Origin: Octopus sinensis
Lineage: Eukaryota
Reading direction: 5' to 3'
NCBI RefSeq assembly: GCF_006345805.1
Contig: NC_042999.1
Location: 16,988,001-17,052,000, forward strand
DNA: 64,000 bases
This document shows positions 1-10,976 of this stretch, piece after piece. A program made the translations under genes and the position numbers. The number at the start of each line of letters is the position of its first letter. Within the stretch, counting starts at the first letter, position 1. The notes under the pieces were generated by a model. That model did no database searches. It was not told the DNA's origin and saw nothing but the letters and a program-made list of their open reading frames with translations.

Positions 1-65
1 CCAAAATTATACTAATCATACCCAAATGCAGTTTTTCAAAGCAAGACATTTAAAAAAATGAATTT

Positions 66-124
66 AGTTCTGTATCACCGTGATTTCACATTCAACTTTA
101 CGTCTAATGATCGTCAGCAGAACT
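66..124 (-). ncRNA. Type I hammerhead ribozyme, array unit 1
   Basis: Minus strand reads AGUUCUG-CUGACGA-U-CAUU..AAUG-U-GAAA-UCAC-G-GUGA-UA|CAGAACU: 7-bp stem I, canonical core, near-palindromic stem III. Confidence 0.8.
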
Positions 125-546
125 GATTCTGAATACATCATAAATAAACTACCAACCTTACGTAGCGAAGACAAACAGACAACTGCTCACTCCGGCCAAG
201 CACATGGAATGTTTATAAATCATATATCCGGTAAATGGCGGGCTTTTTTACGAACTGCATGTCGGGTAATGAAAAGTATTTCGGAATAAGTTTAACAATT
301 AAGGATAATCTCTTAATAAGGGATCTTAACAAGAAATTATCGGGTAGCTAGCGTGAAAACCTCGTAAAAGAAAAGAATTCGAAAATAATTTTTTCTTTTG
401 AACAAATTAATTATATCTATATTGTATAGAGGGCATTATTACACATAAATGCCTCACACTAGGAGGGACAAGTCATTACTACCAAAATTATACTAATCAT
501 ACCCAAATGCAGTTTTTCAAAGCAAGACATTTAAAAAAATGAATTT

Positions 547-605
547 AGTTCTGTATCACCGTGATTTCACATTCAACTTTACGTCTAATGATCGTCAGCA
601 GAACT
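547..605 (-). ncRNA. Type I hammerhead ribozyme, array unit 2
   Basis: Same sequence as 66-124. Confidence 0.8.
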
Positions 606-1028
606 GATTCTGAATACATCATAAATAAACTACCAACCTTACGTAGCGAAGACAAACAGACAACTGCTCACTCCGGCCAAGCACATGGAATGTTTATAAA
701 TCATATATCCGGTAAATGGCGGGCTTTTTTACGAACTGCATGTCGGGTAATGAAAAGTATTTCGGAATAAGTTTAACAATTAAGGATAATCTCTTAATAA
801 GGGATCTTAACAAGAAATTATCGGGTAGCTAGCGTGAAAACCTCGTAAAAGAAAAGAATTCGAAAATAATTTTTTTCTTTTGAACAATTAATTATATCTA
901 TATTGTATAGAGGGCATTATTACACATAAATGCCTCACACTAGGAGGGACAAAGTCATTACTACCAAAATTATACTAATCATACCCAAATGCAGTTTTTC
1001 AAAGCAAGACATTTAAAAAAATGAATTT

Positions 1029-1087
1029 AGTTCTGTATCACCGTGATTTCACATTCAACTTTACGTCTAATGATCGTCAGCAGAACT
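1029..1087 (-). ncRNA. Type I hammerhead ribozyme, array unit 3
   Basis: Same sequence as 66-124. Confidence 0.8.
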
Positions 1088-1510
1088 GATTCTGAATACA
1101 TCATAAATAAACTACCAACCTTACGTAGCGAAGACAAACAGACAACTGGTCACTCCGGCCAAGCACATGGAATGTTTATAAATCATATATCCGGTAAATG
1201 GCGGGCTTTTTTACGAACTGCATGTCGGGTAATGAAAAGTATTTCGGAATAAGTTTAACAATTAAGGATAATCTCTTAATAAGGGATCTTAACAAGAAAT
1301 TATCGGGTAGCTAGCGTGAAAACCTCGTAAAAGAAAAGAATTCGAAAATAATTTTTTTCTTTTGAACAAATTAATTATATCTATATTGTATAGAGGGCAT
1401 TATTACACATAAATGCCTCACACTAGGAGGGACAAAGTCATTACTACCAAAATTATACTAATCATACCCAAATGCAGTTTTTCAAAGCAAGACATTAAAA
1501 AAATGAATTT

Positions 1511-1569
1511 AGTTCTGTATCACCGTGATTTCACATTCAACTTTACGTCTAATGATCGTCAGCAGAACT
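1511..1569 (-). ncRNA. Type I hammerhead ribozyme, array unit 4
   Basis: Same sequence as 66-124. Confidence 0.8.
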
Positions 1570-1950
1570 GATTCTGAATACATCATAAATAAACTACAAC
1601 CTTACGTAGCGAAGACAAACAGACAACTGCTCACTCCGGCCAAGCACATGGAATGTTTATAAATCATATATCCGGTAAATGGCGGGCTTTTTTACGAACT
1701 GCATGTCGGGTAATGAAAAGTATTTCGGAATAAGTTTAACAATTAAGGATAATCTCTTAATAAGGGATCTTAACAAGAAATTATCGGGTAGCTAGCGTGA
1801 AAACCTCGTAAAAGAAAAGAATTCGAAAATAATTTTTTTCTTTTGAACAAATTAATTATATCTATATTGTATAGAGGGCATTATTACACATAAATGCCTC
1901 ACACTAGGAGGGACAATGTATATATATATATACATTTATATACATATATA

Positions 1951-2082
1951 AATTTATTTGCACTCTTAAGAGAAATTATATAAATACACATACACACACT
2001 CTCTCTCACACACACACATATATGTGTGTGTGTGTGTGTGTACGTGTATTTATATAATTTCTCTTAAGAGTGCAAATAAATT
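1951..2082. repeat. Perfect 39-bp inverted repeat around a CA/TG microsatellite spacer
   Basis: 1951-1989 is the exact reverse complement of 2044-2082. Confidence 0.9.
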
Positions 2083-2562
2083 ATATAGGCACTTACCGTC
2101 GTAGTTGACGTCATCATAATTAAAATTCCGACAACCACAATCACCTCCACCTCCACCGACCGTCACCTCCTTCGTCATCGTCATTATCAGTTTAAGAATA
2201 AAGTGCTGGTTGAGGGTTTTTACTGAAAGTTCTACATTGATGGTCACCTATTGCATATTCATTGTTCAGCGAGAGGTGGAGGTGACAACGTTATTGGGTT
2301 GGTACATAATTAACGAGTTATGTATGATTTACAAATTAAAAACGAAATATGGTCCTTAGTTATGCATCTACCCAATAGATATACCTTCTCTCAAAACAGC
2401 ATGCTATAGAGACGACAGAATATCCAAAATAGGAGCCAATCCAATATTTGGGCCTTATGCCTAGAGTAGAGAAAAAAAAAGAATAATGTAAATGATGAAA
2501 TATAATTATTATAGCAATGATATGGAAAATAAAATAAGATACAATCAAAAATTATAAAGAGC

Positions 2563-2750
2563 GTATTCTTTTCTACTTTGGGCACATTTTTGCGGAGGGA
2601 GCCAGTCAAGTAGTACTTAATTTTTCGACCCCGAAAAGATGAAATGCAAAGTCGACGTCGGCGGAATTTGAAGTCAGAAATTAAAAACAGAAGAAATACA
2701 GCTGAGCATTATCACCCGCCATGCTAACGTTTCTGCCAGCTCGCCACCTT
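2563..2750 (-). mobile_element. tRNA-derived SINE family A (Meta-domain-like body), tail type B
   Basis: Reverse complement of the GGCGAGCTGGCAGAA..GTTCAAATTCC..GTCGACTTTG consensus seen many times in the window. Confidence 0.85.
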
Positions 2751-2776
2751 GCAAAAAAAAAAAAAGCATATTATTA

Positions 2777-3107
2777 TTGTATACTGTCAATTTAACGTGA
2801 CAGTAGGGGATTACGCCACCGCTGTTTAGCCCTAGGAAGCATCGACGCTTCCTGTCGGCTTCGACACATTTTCTGTGTCCTTATATATTTACGAAGGGGG
2901 GACAAATACCCCCAACAGCTAGACCTGCACCTAGAGACACGCATGTTTCAGGGTCTTTGCCCATCATCGGTCTAGAGTAGCAGAGGCCAGCTAGCTGAAG
3001 ATATCTGTCTAGACTTCGTAAATATATAAGGACACAGGAAATGTGGCGAAGCCGACAGGAAGCGTCGATGTAATCCGCTACTGTCACGTTAAGTTGGCAG
3101 TATACAA
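2777..3107. mobile_element. Foldback element with ~95-bp inverted arms and a hammerhead in the spacer; Penelope-like or MITE
   Basis: TTGTATACTGTCAATTTAACGTGACAGTAG..TATATTTACGAAG pairs with CTTCGTAAATATA..CTACTGTCACGTTAAGTTGGCAGTATACAA. Confidence 0.85.
2931..2975 (-). ncRNA. Minimal type I hammerhead ribozyme (CCGAUGA core variant)
   Basis: Minus strand: CUAGA-CCGAUGA-U-GGG-caaaga-CCC-U-GAAACA-ugcg-UGUC|UCUAG. Confidence 0.7.
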
Positions 3108-3299
3108 CCACTCTATCGCCCCATCACCGTACATATCTCTATGAGATATTTAGAAATTTAATATTTCTGACATATTATTATTATTATAAATGTAATTAAG
3201 ACGGCGAAATGGCAGAATCGTGAGCACGCCGGGCAAAATGTATTAATTTGTTTCGTAGGTTGTATGAGTTTGATGGTCTTTTATTGTATGTGTTAGGGT

Positions 3300-3700
3300 A
3301 GAGAGTACCTTAATGGCTTTGCACTATCCATTTGAAATTAATTTGCGCAGAATCTGCGCCGTGTCTAGCAACGCTATGTCGGTGTACGGCTAATGTTGTG
3401 AGGCCTGCATATTTATATAAATAGCTTTAAGGTACCTTACGCTCTGTTCAATGAATTTACTCGTTTTATTTTGATACGCCATATTCCTTACTTCAATTTA
3501 TAGTTTCCTTTACGTCGGGAATCTTTTCTAGGTTTGTTTTTCTAAGTCTCTCTACCTTCTTAGAAATATTTATGTTCTAAAGCATTAAAACATTCATCAA
3601 ATTGCAGATGTGTTTATCGTCCTTGATAATTATAGACGGATGACTGCCTTGACGTTCTTCGCAGTTCTAGACAGACATTCTCAGATGATTACAAACGGTT
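3300..3700 (-). pseudogene. Heavily decayed C-terminus of a non-LTR retrotransposon with restriction-like endonuclease (R4/Dong-like)
   Basis: Broken minus-strand translation resembles the PD-I-I-x-D..LIDV..NI..KE.EK..KY pattern and the terminal LxGTAxIL pattern, with many frameshifts. Confidence 0.4.
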
Positions 3701-4469
3701 GCTGTCAAATAAGGGACTTGTTACATTCTTATATCACTGTTTAACTGTTTTGACGTCGAAGAGTCGGTATATTTCCCGGCAGATATTGTTATTTACTCAA
3801 TCGTGACTGGAAATATACTGGGATTTGACCAGGACTAGTGAGTCAGAAGTAATATCCTCACTTATCTCACTGTACTGACAGCAAACACTGAAACTGATAT
3901 CTACACATTTGTCTTCCTCGTTCTCTCCTTTTCTTTTCATTATTTGCGATGCGGTAGTATTTCTCTGCACCTATAGTCAGAACGTCTGTTTCTGATTTTA
4001 ACACAGTTCTCTTACGCTATTGTTAGTTTTCCCAATCGTTTCTCCGTATTTTACTTGTCCTTCAAATAGTATGATATAGTATATATCCATAGTTATATGG
4101 ACGCCCGTTTCCTTACGTGTGCAGTTGATGTACTCAGCCCTTATGAAATTTTGTGCTTTTGGTTTGGGAAATCTGGTAATAATTTACTGATATTCAAGTT
4201 TGGCTTCTTTTTGGCTTAATGTCAACTTTATTATACAAAAGTTGTAGTTAACATGGATAAATTATATATACCTATTATTTCAGTATTGGGTTGAATTATT
4301 ATTTTAATATTCGTTTCAAATTTTGACACAAGGTGAGCAATAGTGGTAGGGTATAAGTCGATTATATCAACCCAAGTGCTCCACTGGTTCATGTCTTTAT
4401 CAACACAGAAAGAATGAAAGGTAAAGGCGACCTCTGAGGTATAATTAATGTTTCAATATTAGCCTAGCT

Positions 4470-5520
4470 TAAGGTGGTAAGCTGGCAAAAAAACGTTAGC
4501 ACGCCAGGCAAAATGCTTAGCAGTATTTCGTCTGTTATTACTTTCTGAATTCAAATTCCGCCGAAGTCGACTTTGCCTTTCATCCTTTCGGAATCGATAC
4601 ATTGAGTACCATCTGCATACTGGGGTCAATCTAATCGACTGGCCCCTTCCACCAAAATTTCGGGTCTTGTGGCTTGAGTAAAAAAACAATGTTTACATCC
4701 TATTTAAGGCGGCGAGCTGGCAGAAACGTTAAGCACGCCGGGCGAAATACTTAGCCGTATTTCGGCTGCCGTTACGTTCTGAGTTCAATTACCGCCGAGG
4801 TCGACTTTGCTTTTCATCCTTTCGTGGTCGATATATTAAGTACTAGTTACGCACTGAGGTCGATATAATCGACTTAATCCTTTTGTCTGTCTTTGTCCTC
4901 TGTGTGTTTAGCCCCATGTGGGTAGTAAAGAAATAGATATTTCGTCTGCCGCTTCGTTCTGAGTCCAAATTCCGACAAGGTCGACTTTGCCGTTCATTCT
5001 TTCGGGATCGATTAAATAAGTACCAGTTATGCACTGAGGTCGACATAATCGACTTAATCCGTTTGTCTGTCCTTGTTTGTCCTCTCCGTATTTAGCCCCT
5101 TGTGGGTAGTAAAGAAATAGAAATAGGTATTTCGTCTGTTTTTACGTTGTGAGTTCAAATTCCGCTGAGGTCGACTTTAGCTTTCATAATTTCGGGATCG
5201 ATAAATTGAGTACCAGTTGCATAGTGGGAGTCGATCTAATCGACTGGCCCTGTCTCCCAAAATTTCGGGCCGTGTGCCAAGAGTAGAAAAGAATATTATC
5301 CCAGCTTAAGCAGCGAGCTGGCGGAATCTGTAACACACTGGGAAAAATACTTTGTATCATTTCGTCCGTCTTTACGTTCTGAATTCATCTTCCGCTGAGG
5401 TAGAGTTTGTTTTTCAGACTTTCGCGGTCGATAAAATAAGAACCAGTTGAATTTCAGGGTCGACGTAATCGCCGTACCCCTTTCATTGAAAATACTAGCT
5501 TTGGGCCAAAATTTGAAACC
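4470..5520 (+). mobile_element. Cluster of family A SINEs: monomer, head plus three-body tandem (4707-5296), and an older monomer
   Basis: A-box-like TGGCAGAAACGTTAG, B-box GAGTTCAAATTCC, and repeated body GAGGTCGACTTTGCCTTTCATCCTTTCGGGGTCGATAAATTAAGTACCAG. Confidence 0.9.
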
Positions 5521-5704
5521 AAATATTAGCTTAGCTCTTGTACTTTTTTCTAATTTCTTTGTAATTTTTCTGCGTTGTTTCTCATGCTTTTCAATTCTTT
5601 CTTCGTATTAACACACGCGCGGACGCACGCACGTACATACAACGGTCACATCTTTTGATATAAAACAAAAAATGTCTTAACCTAAAATACACTTGGTTTT
5701 ATCT

Positions 5705-6010
5705 TAAACCCTCCTTCTTTTAATCTCTAACTTTAATAATATGTGTTCGATGTTTGTCTTCATGGTTCTGTCATTTGATTGTGTCCATGCTGGAAAACCG
5801 CCCGCCTGAAAGGATTTTACTCGAAGAAGTCGACCCCGAATCACTAGATTACAAGGACATAGATACTCAAACAACGGGATCAGGTTAAACACAGACATAA
5901 AGGTGCGGACACACACACACCACACACACACACAGACAAAAACACACACATACGACGGGTCTCTTTCAGTTTCAGTCTACTAAATTCACTCACAAGGCTT
6001 TCGTCGTCCA
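5705..6010 (-). mobile_element. Degraded family B (CORE-type) SINE
   Basis: Matches the full copies at 39672-40086 and 43341-43747 (TTTCAGTTTC.GTCTAC.AAAT.CACTCACAAGGCTT). Confidence 0.7.
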
Positions 6011-6029
6011 TTAGCTATGCTATGTGCGG

Positions 6030-6036
6030 GTATGTA

Positions 6037-6090
<54 letters not shown>

Positions 6091-6195
6091 TTTGTGTCAG
6101 TCCCTCTGCGTCGATACATATGCGTGTGACTGTGTGTATGAATGTAAGTATATACATATATATTTTTTGGTTTGTGTATCTGTGTCTGTGTGCGC

Positions 6196-6270
<75 letters not shown>

Positions 6271-6320
6271 GTATGTGTGTGTGTGTGTGTGTATGTATGT
6301 GTGTGTGTGTGCGAGTGTGT
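6030..6320. repeat. (TA)n/(TG)n/(TATG)n microsatellite block
   Basis: Direct reading; the source of the YI/CV/HT low-complexity ORFs. Confidence 0.95.
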
Positions 6321-6660
6321 GTTTGGTACAGATACGGAAATGTACTTATTTTCCGGTGCGTCGGTGTCAATGTCTGCCAGATAGGTTTTTGCTCGTGCAT
6401 GTCTTTCCGTGTACGTATCTATACATGTATGTAATCTAATACATCGAATTACACTTTGGACATAGACTTTTCTTACATGCATCTGTCTTGACTTTCTCAT
6501 TGCTGATCTCATTCCATTATAGGGAGAAACGTAATCCTTTCCCAAATAAATTGCACTTCATATTCGAGGTTCCGATGAAGATATAAGTGCATCAGCAGAA
6601 ACAGTTGTAAGCTAATGAAGTTCATAAGTTAATCACTCTTTCCTTTGTCATCTTTCTTTC

Positions 6661-6710
<50 letters not shown>

Positions 6711-7061
6711 CATACATACCACGCGTCAGTTGTGGAAGTGATAGCAGAGAAAGGTGAGATGATGCGTCTTGCTCAAGAACCACCCGGTCTGGGATCTGAA
6801 ATCATGATCCTTTAATCGTAATTGCAACACCCTAATCACTTAGCCACTCGCCCATATATATATATATATATATAAACTGTCCGATGAACGGCAACGGGAA
6901 TCTCAGAGTAAGAGGTTTTGTTGAATTTTCTGCTGCTTTAAATAAAGCATATTACTCTACCACTGGTATTTGAGTACACTTTTTTCCACCTTGTTTCACA
7001 TTTATGTGTTTACTCCGGTGTGTGTGTGTGTGTGCGTGTGTGCGTGTGCATGTGCGTGTGC

Positions 7062-7097
<36 letters not shown>

Positions 7098-7320
7098 CTG
7101 GCAGAAACGTTGGCAAGCCAGGCGAAATGCTTTGTGTTATTTCGTCCGCTGCTGCGATCTGAGTTCAAATTCTACCGAGGTCGACTTTGCCTTTCATCTT
7201 TTCGGGGTCGATAGATTAAGTACCAGTTACGCACTGTTGTTGATGTAATCGACTTAATCCGTTTGTCTGTCCTTGTTTGTCCCCTTTATGTTCAGCCCCT
7301 TGTGGGCAATAAAAAAAAAA
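7098..7320 (+). mobile_element. Family A SINE, tail type A
   Basis: Consensus body followed by TTGTCTGTCCTTGTTTGTCCCC..GCCCCTTGTGGGCAATAAA. Confidence 0.9.
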
Positions 7321-7510
7321 TATATATATAATGGAAATATAGCATCATAGCATCATAATTTTCAAATATCTGTGTAAAACTGTCAATAGATTGTTAATTT
7401 CAATTTTTATGTTTTTTTTAATATTTATTATTACTGTGGCTTAAAATGTTTTGCTAAAATTGCTCTTTCGTTTCAGATATCATTCGAAAAGTTAATTAAA
7501 ATTCATTAAA

Positions 7511-8585
7511 ATGACAGTTCTATCGGACTTTCAAAGAGGTCAAATTGGTGGTGCTCGTATGGCAGGCGCTAGCGTAACGAAAACAGCCGAAATCTTTGGT
7601 GTATCAAGAATTACTGTCTCGAAAGTAATGACAGCCTTTGAGAAAGAGGGAAGAACCTCTTTGTCGAAACAACTCCGGAAGAAAACCAAAACTTTCAGAT
7701 AGGGACCGTCGGATTCTTACGCAAATTGTTAGAAAGTATCACAAAAGTATAAATCTAAAAATTACTGCAGATCTTAATAATCACTTCGAGAAACCAGTTT
7801 CTACAAAAAAATTTCGCCGGGAACTACACAAAGCCGAATTTAACGGGAGGATTGTAATCAGAAAACCACTACTTTCAAAATCAAACGTTGCAAAGCGATT
7901 AGAGTGGAGTAAAAAGCTACATAATTGGTCCCTAGAGCAGTGGAAGATTGTTATTTTCTTGGACGAGTCATCATTCACCTTATTTCCGACCACCAGCCGA
8001 GTATACGTGTAGAAGCGGCCAAAAAAAGCATTTGACCCAGACTGCCTTCTTCCAGCTGTTAAACAAGAGGAACTGTGATGATCTAGTAGCGCGGGGGGGG
8101 GGGGCATATCTTGGAAATCCGCCAGCCCAGTGGTTTCTCTTCATGGCAGAATTAACAGTCAAGACTATTTAAGCATTTTATCGGATCAAATTCATCCTGT
8201 GGATGCGGATCCGGAGGAAAATGCTATCTTTCAGGATGATAATGCACAATTTCACGGCGATCTTTCGTTACTAGAACACACGACTGCTAGTTACAAACCA
8301 CGTGTGTTTATTTACATTTGTGAAGATGATCGTCGATTTCCGTAAAAAACTTTTATTTTCTTACATATAGGGTTGGGAGGAAATGGGATCTTTTGAAGTT
8401 GGCGGGAATCGGAAGATTTGATATACGTGTGTGCGTGCGTGTGTATGTGTATTTGTGAGAGTGTGTGTGTGTTTGTAGGGTGTGCGAGACAGAAAGTGTG
8501 GTATGTAAGTGAAGTACTTTTGTTAGTGTGTGTGAAGAGACAGAGAGAGAGTAATGTTGCTGCTGTGTGTGTATGTGTGTGTGTG

Positions 8586-8628
<43 letters not shown>

Positions 8629-9494
8629 TGAATTTTTTTATTTCACTTTTTGTAGTGAGTGAATGTGTGAGTGACTGACAGAGAAGAGGAGAGAGGGAGG
8701 TTATGTCTGTATGTATGGCTTCAGTGACACACGCACGCTGGTTGTCATGTATGTATGTATGTGTGTGTGTGTGTGTAAATGGCTTCAGTGGCACACACAC
8801 TCAAAAACACATACCTGCGTACACCTATTGCATGCCTTTTTCTGTACGTATGCATGTGCGTGTAAGGGAGGGAGACGGAAAGAGACAAAGACAGAGAGAG
8901 AAGGTATGTTTTTTTTTGTTTTTGTTTGTTGTTTCCATGTATGTTTAAATTTAGCAGCAGGAACAAAACTGTAGCACTCCACACATACACACTAACACAC
9001 ACAGAGACGGAAAGCCAACTTCAAAAGTATTTCCCGATTCAATCGCGCTCTCTCTGTCTCGCTTTTACGCCGACTTGAAAAGATACCCTTCCCCGCACCT
9101 CACATATATAAAAAAATGATAATTTTTACGGAAAGTGTCGATCTTCTTCAAATGTAAACAAAAGCACGTGCTCCAGTTTGACATAAACGGTAATTATGCC
9201 TTAATTAAGCCCAAATTCTCACAGCTAAAATTGGTACTGAAAGAACATTTTAGTGAATTTGAACATCTGGCCACAACAATCCCCAGAACTCAATATTATT
9301 GAACATCTATGGTGCATTTTAGAAAGCAAGTAAGGATTCGATATCCTCCACCATCATCACTACAAGAACTGGAGACTGTTTTAGCTGAAGAATGGACAAA
9401 TATTTCTGTGAAAACAATTCAAATTTTGTACGAGTCCATAATTCGTGGAATTCAAGCTGTAATTACTGTTAAAGCAAGTCCTACCTCATGTTAA
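7511..9494 (+). pseudogene. Tc1 transposase pseudogene
   Basis: N-terminal HTH (LSDFQRGQI..VSRITVSKV), SGRKPKL, W..VIFLDES, FQDDNA, and WPQQSPELNIIEHLW after the insertion; frameshifts and stops. Confidence 0.9.
8256..9211. mobile_element. Non-autonomous element with long imperfect subterminal inverted repeats and a microsatellite core, nested in the Tc1
   Basis: CACGTG..TTTACATTTG.GAAGAT..TTTCCGTAAAAA on the left is mirrored by TTTTTACGGAAA..ATCTTC..CAAATGTAAA..CACGTG on the right. It splits FQDDNA from the downstream coding sequence. Confidence 0.7.
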
Positions 9495-9652
9495 AATAAA
9501 TTTGCTTGAAATTTTAAGGTATTTCCATTATTTTGTCCTATATATATCTATATCTATATATATATACTGCTTTGGCAGTAATTACAGCTTAAATTCCACG
9601 AGATATGGACTCGTAAAAACTTTGAATTGTTTCCAAAGGAATATATATATAT

Positions 9653-10630
9653 AAGGGGTATATTTTTTTACAAAGTAAATTCCAAACTGTTACGTAGCGC
9701 TGTATAAATAAATCAAAGGTAACAAACAACAAACGGAAATCGTCAAAATGTAAAAAGTAGGAAAAGGACGATAGCACAACAAACAGGACAAAGTAAGGTA
9801 CGCGGATCATTCGCAGCGAATTGCTTCTTCAGTCGGAGTCCGGAATGTCCACGTAGTTTCGCCTAAACCTTTCCGATACTACACGAAACCAGTTGGGCCA
9901 AGGGCTTAAGCTGAAGGCATTAAGCCCTTGACCAAGGGAAACTAATGTACATATACAAACAGCAGTAAATAAGAAACAGGGAGGGTCTTTCGACTATCAG
10001 ACAGTGTAGCAAGCTAGCGCAAGGAAAAGGGAAATGGAAAAAATCTTAAGTGATCGGATAAGACAGAACAGAACAGATGCGACTGACTTCAAAGGCAGTC
10101 AGCCGAAAAAGAACGACAATGTATAAGTCGGACAGCGATCACGTAGTAGAAGAGGGGAGGAATTGGAGAAGGCAGAGAGACTAAGGAATAGGAGAGAGGG
10201 GAAAGAAATCAGAGGGACCGAATAATGAGAGGGAGGGATCACACGATGTGAGGGAGGGAGAGAAAGAAACATGGTACAAAGGAGTTGAGGAAGGAAAGCA
10301 AAATAAAAGTAAGAGGGGGAAGAGATTAAGGAATACGATAGAGGGAAAATGAAATCAAAGGAGCAGAGTAACGATAGGGAGAGAGAGAGAGAAAGAGAGA
10401 AAATAAAAGATAGTGCAGGAAGGACTAAGGGAGAAGGCGAGAACGAGTAGGTTAGAGAGACAGAGAGGGAAAGGAAGAAAATGAGAGACAGAGAGGGAAC
10501 GAGGATGAAGAAAAAGAGGTTAAAAAGAGGACAAAAATAGGAAAAGTGGGTAAGAGTCATAATAATATTCAAGGGGTATCTTTTTTTGCAGAGCAAACAC
10601 CAAATTGTACGTAGCGCTGCATATATAAAG
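9653..10630. mobile_element. Unclassified ~1-kb element with ~55-bp imperfect terminal direct repeats, internal hairpins and a purine-rich tract; possibly Penelope-like
   Basis: AAGGGGTAT.TTTTTT.CA.AG.AAA..CCAAA.TGT.ACGTAGCGCTG.ATA.ATAAA occurs at ~9653 and ~10571. Confidence 0.5.
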
Positions 10631-10741
10631 ATTGTTTGTTGTTGAGAAATTAGAGGTCTGTAGTGGTTGCAGTTGCTCTAGTTCAGTGCTATCACAGTGG
10701 AATCACCTCATGGACTTGGTATAATTACCTGTACTCCTTAT

Positions 10742-10976
10742 AAGGCGGCGAGCCGTCAGGAACGTTAGCAGGCCGGGAGAAATGCTTAGCAGCAATTCGT
10801 CTGCCACTACGTTCTGAGTTCAAATTCCGCAGGGGTCGACTTTGCCTTTCATCCTTTCGGGGTCGATTAGATAAGTACCAGTTACGCACTGGGGTCGATG
10901 TAATCGACTTAATCCGTTTATCTGTCCTTGTTTGTCCCCTCTCTGTGTTTAGCCCCTTGTGGGTAGAAAAGAAATA
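10742..10976 (+). mobile_element. Full-length family A SINE with a perfect 20-bp TSD
   Basis: TSD GGTATAATTACCTGTACTCC at 10718-10737 and 10977-10996. Confidence 0.95.

Larger units (their letters stand above)
1..1916 (-). repeat. Tandem array of ~481-482 bp units (about 4 copies, truncated by the window edge), each carrying a hammerhead ribozyme; retrozyme or Penelope pseudo-LTR-like
   Basis: Units restart at ~1, 482, 964 and 1447 (CCAAAATTATACTAATC) and differ by only a few indels or substitutions. The array ends at GGAGGGACAA before (TA)n. Confidence 0.95.
7328..9538 (+). mobile_element. Tc1-family DNA transposon relic, interrupted by a ~950-bp insertion
   Basis: TIR remnant ATAATGGAAA / TTTCCATTATTTTGTCC-TA enclosing transposase fragments. 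Confidence 0.85.

Noticed and set aside
80-1252. Repeated 69-aa ORF in the tandem array
   Set aside because: GTG start, no recognisable domain, frameshifted in unit 4, and antisense to the ribozyme.
6015-6545. Long ORFs rich in YI/HT/CV (also near 8.3-9.0, 26.9, 40.9, 47.3, 48.2, 50.0, 53.0 and 57.4-58.2 kb)
   Set aside because: Translations of microsatellites that lack stop codons.
10099-10596. 165-aa hydrophobic Leu/Ser/Phe ORF
   Set aside because: By-product of a low-complexity purine/pyrimidine-skewed tract.
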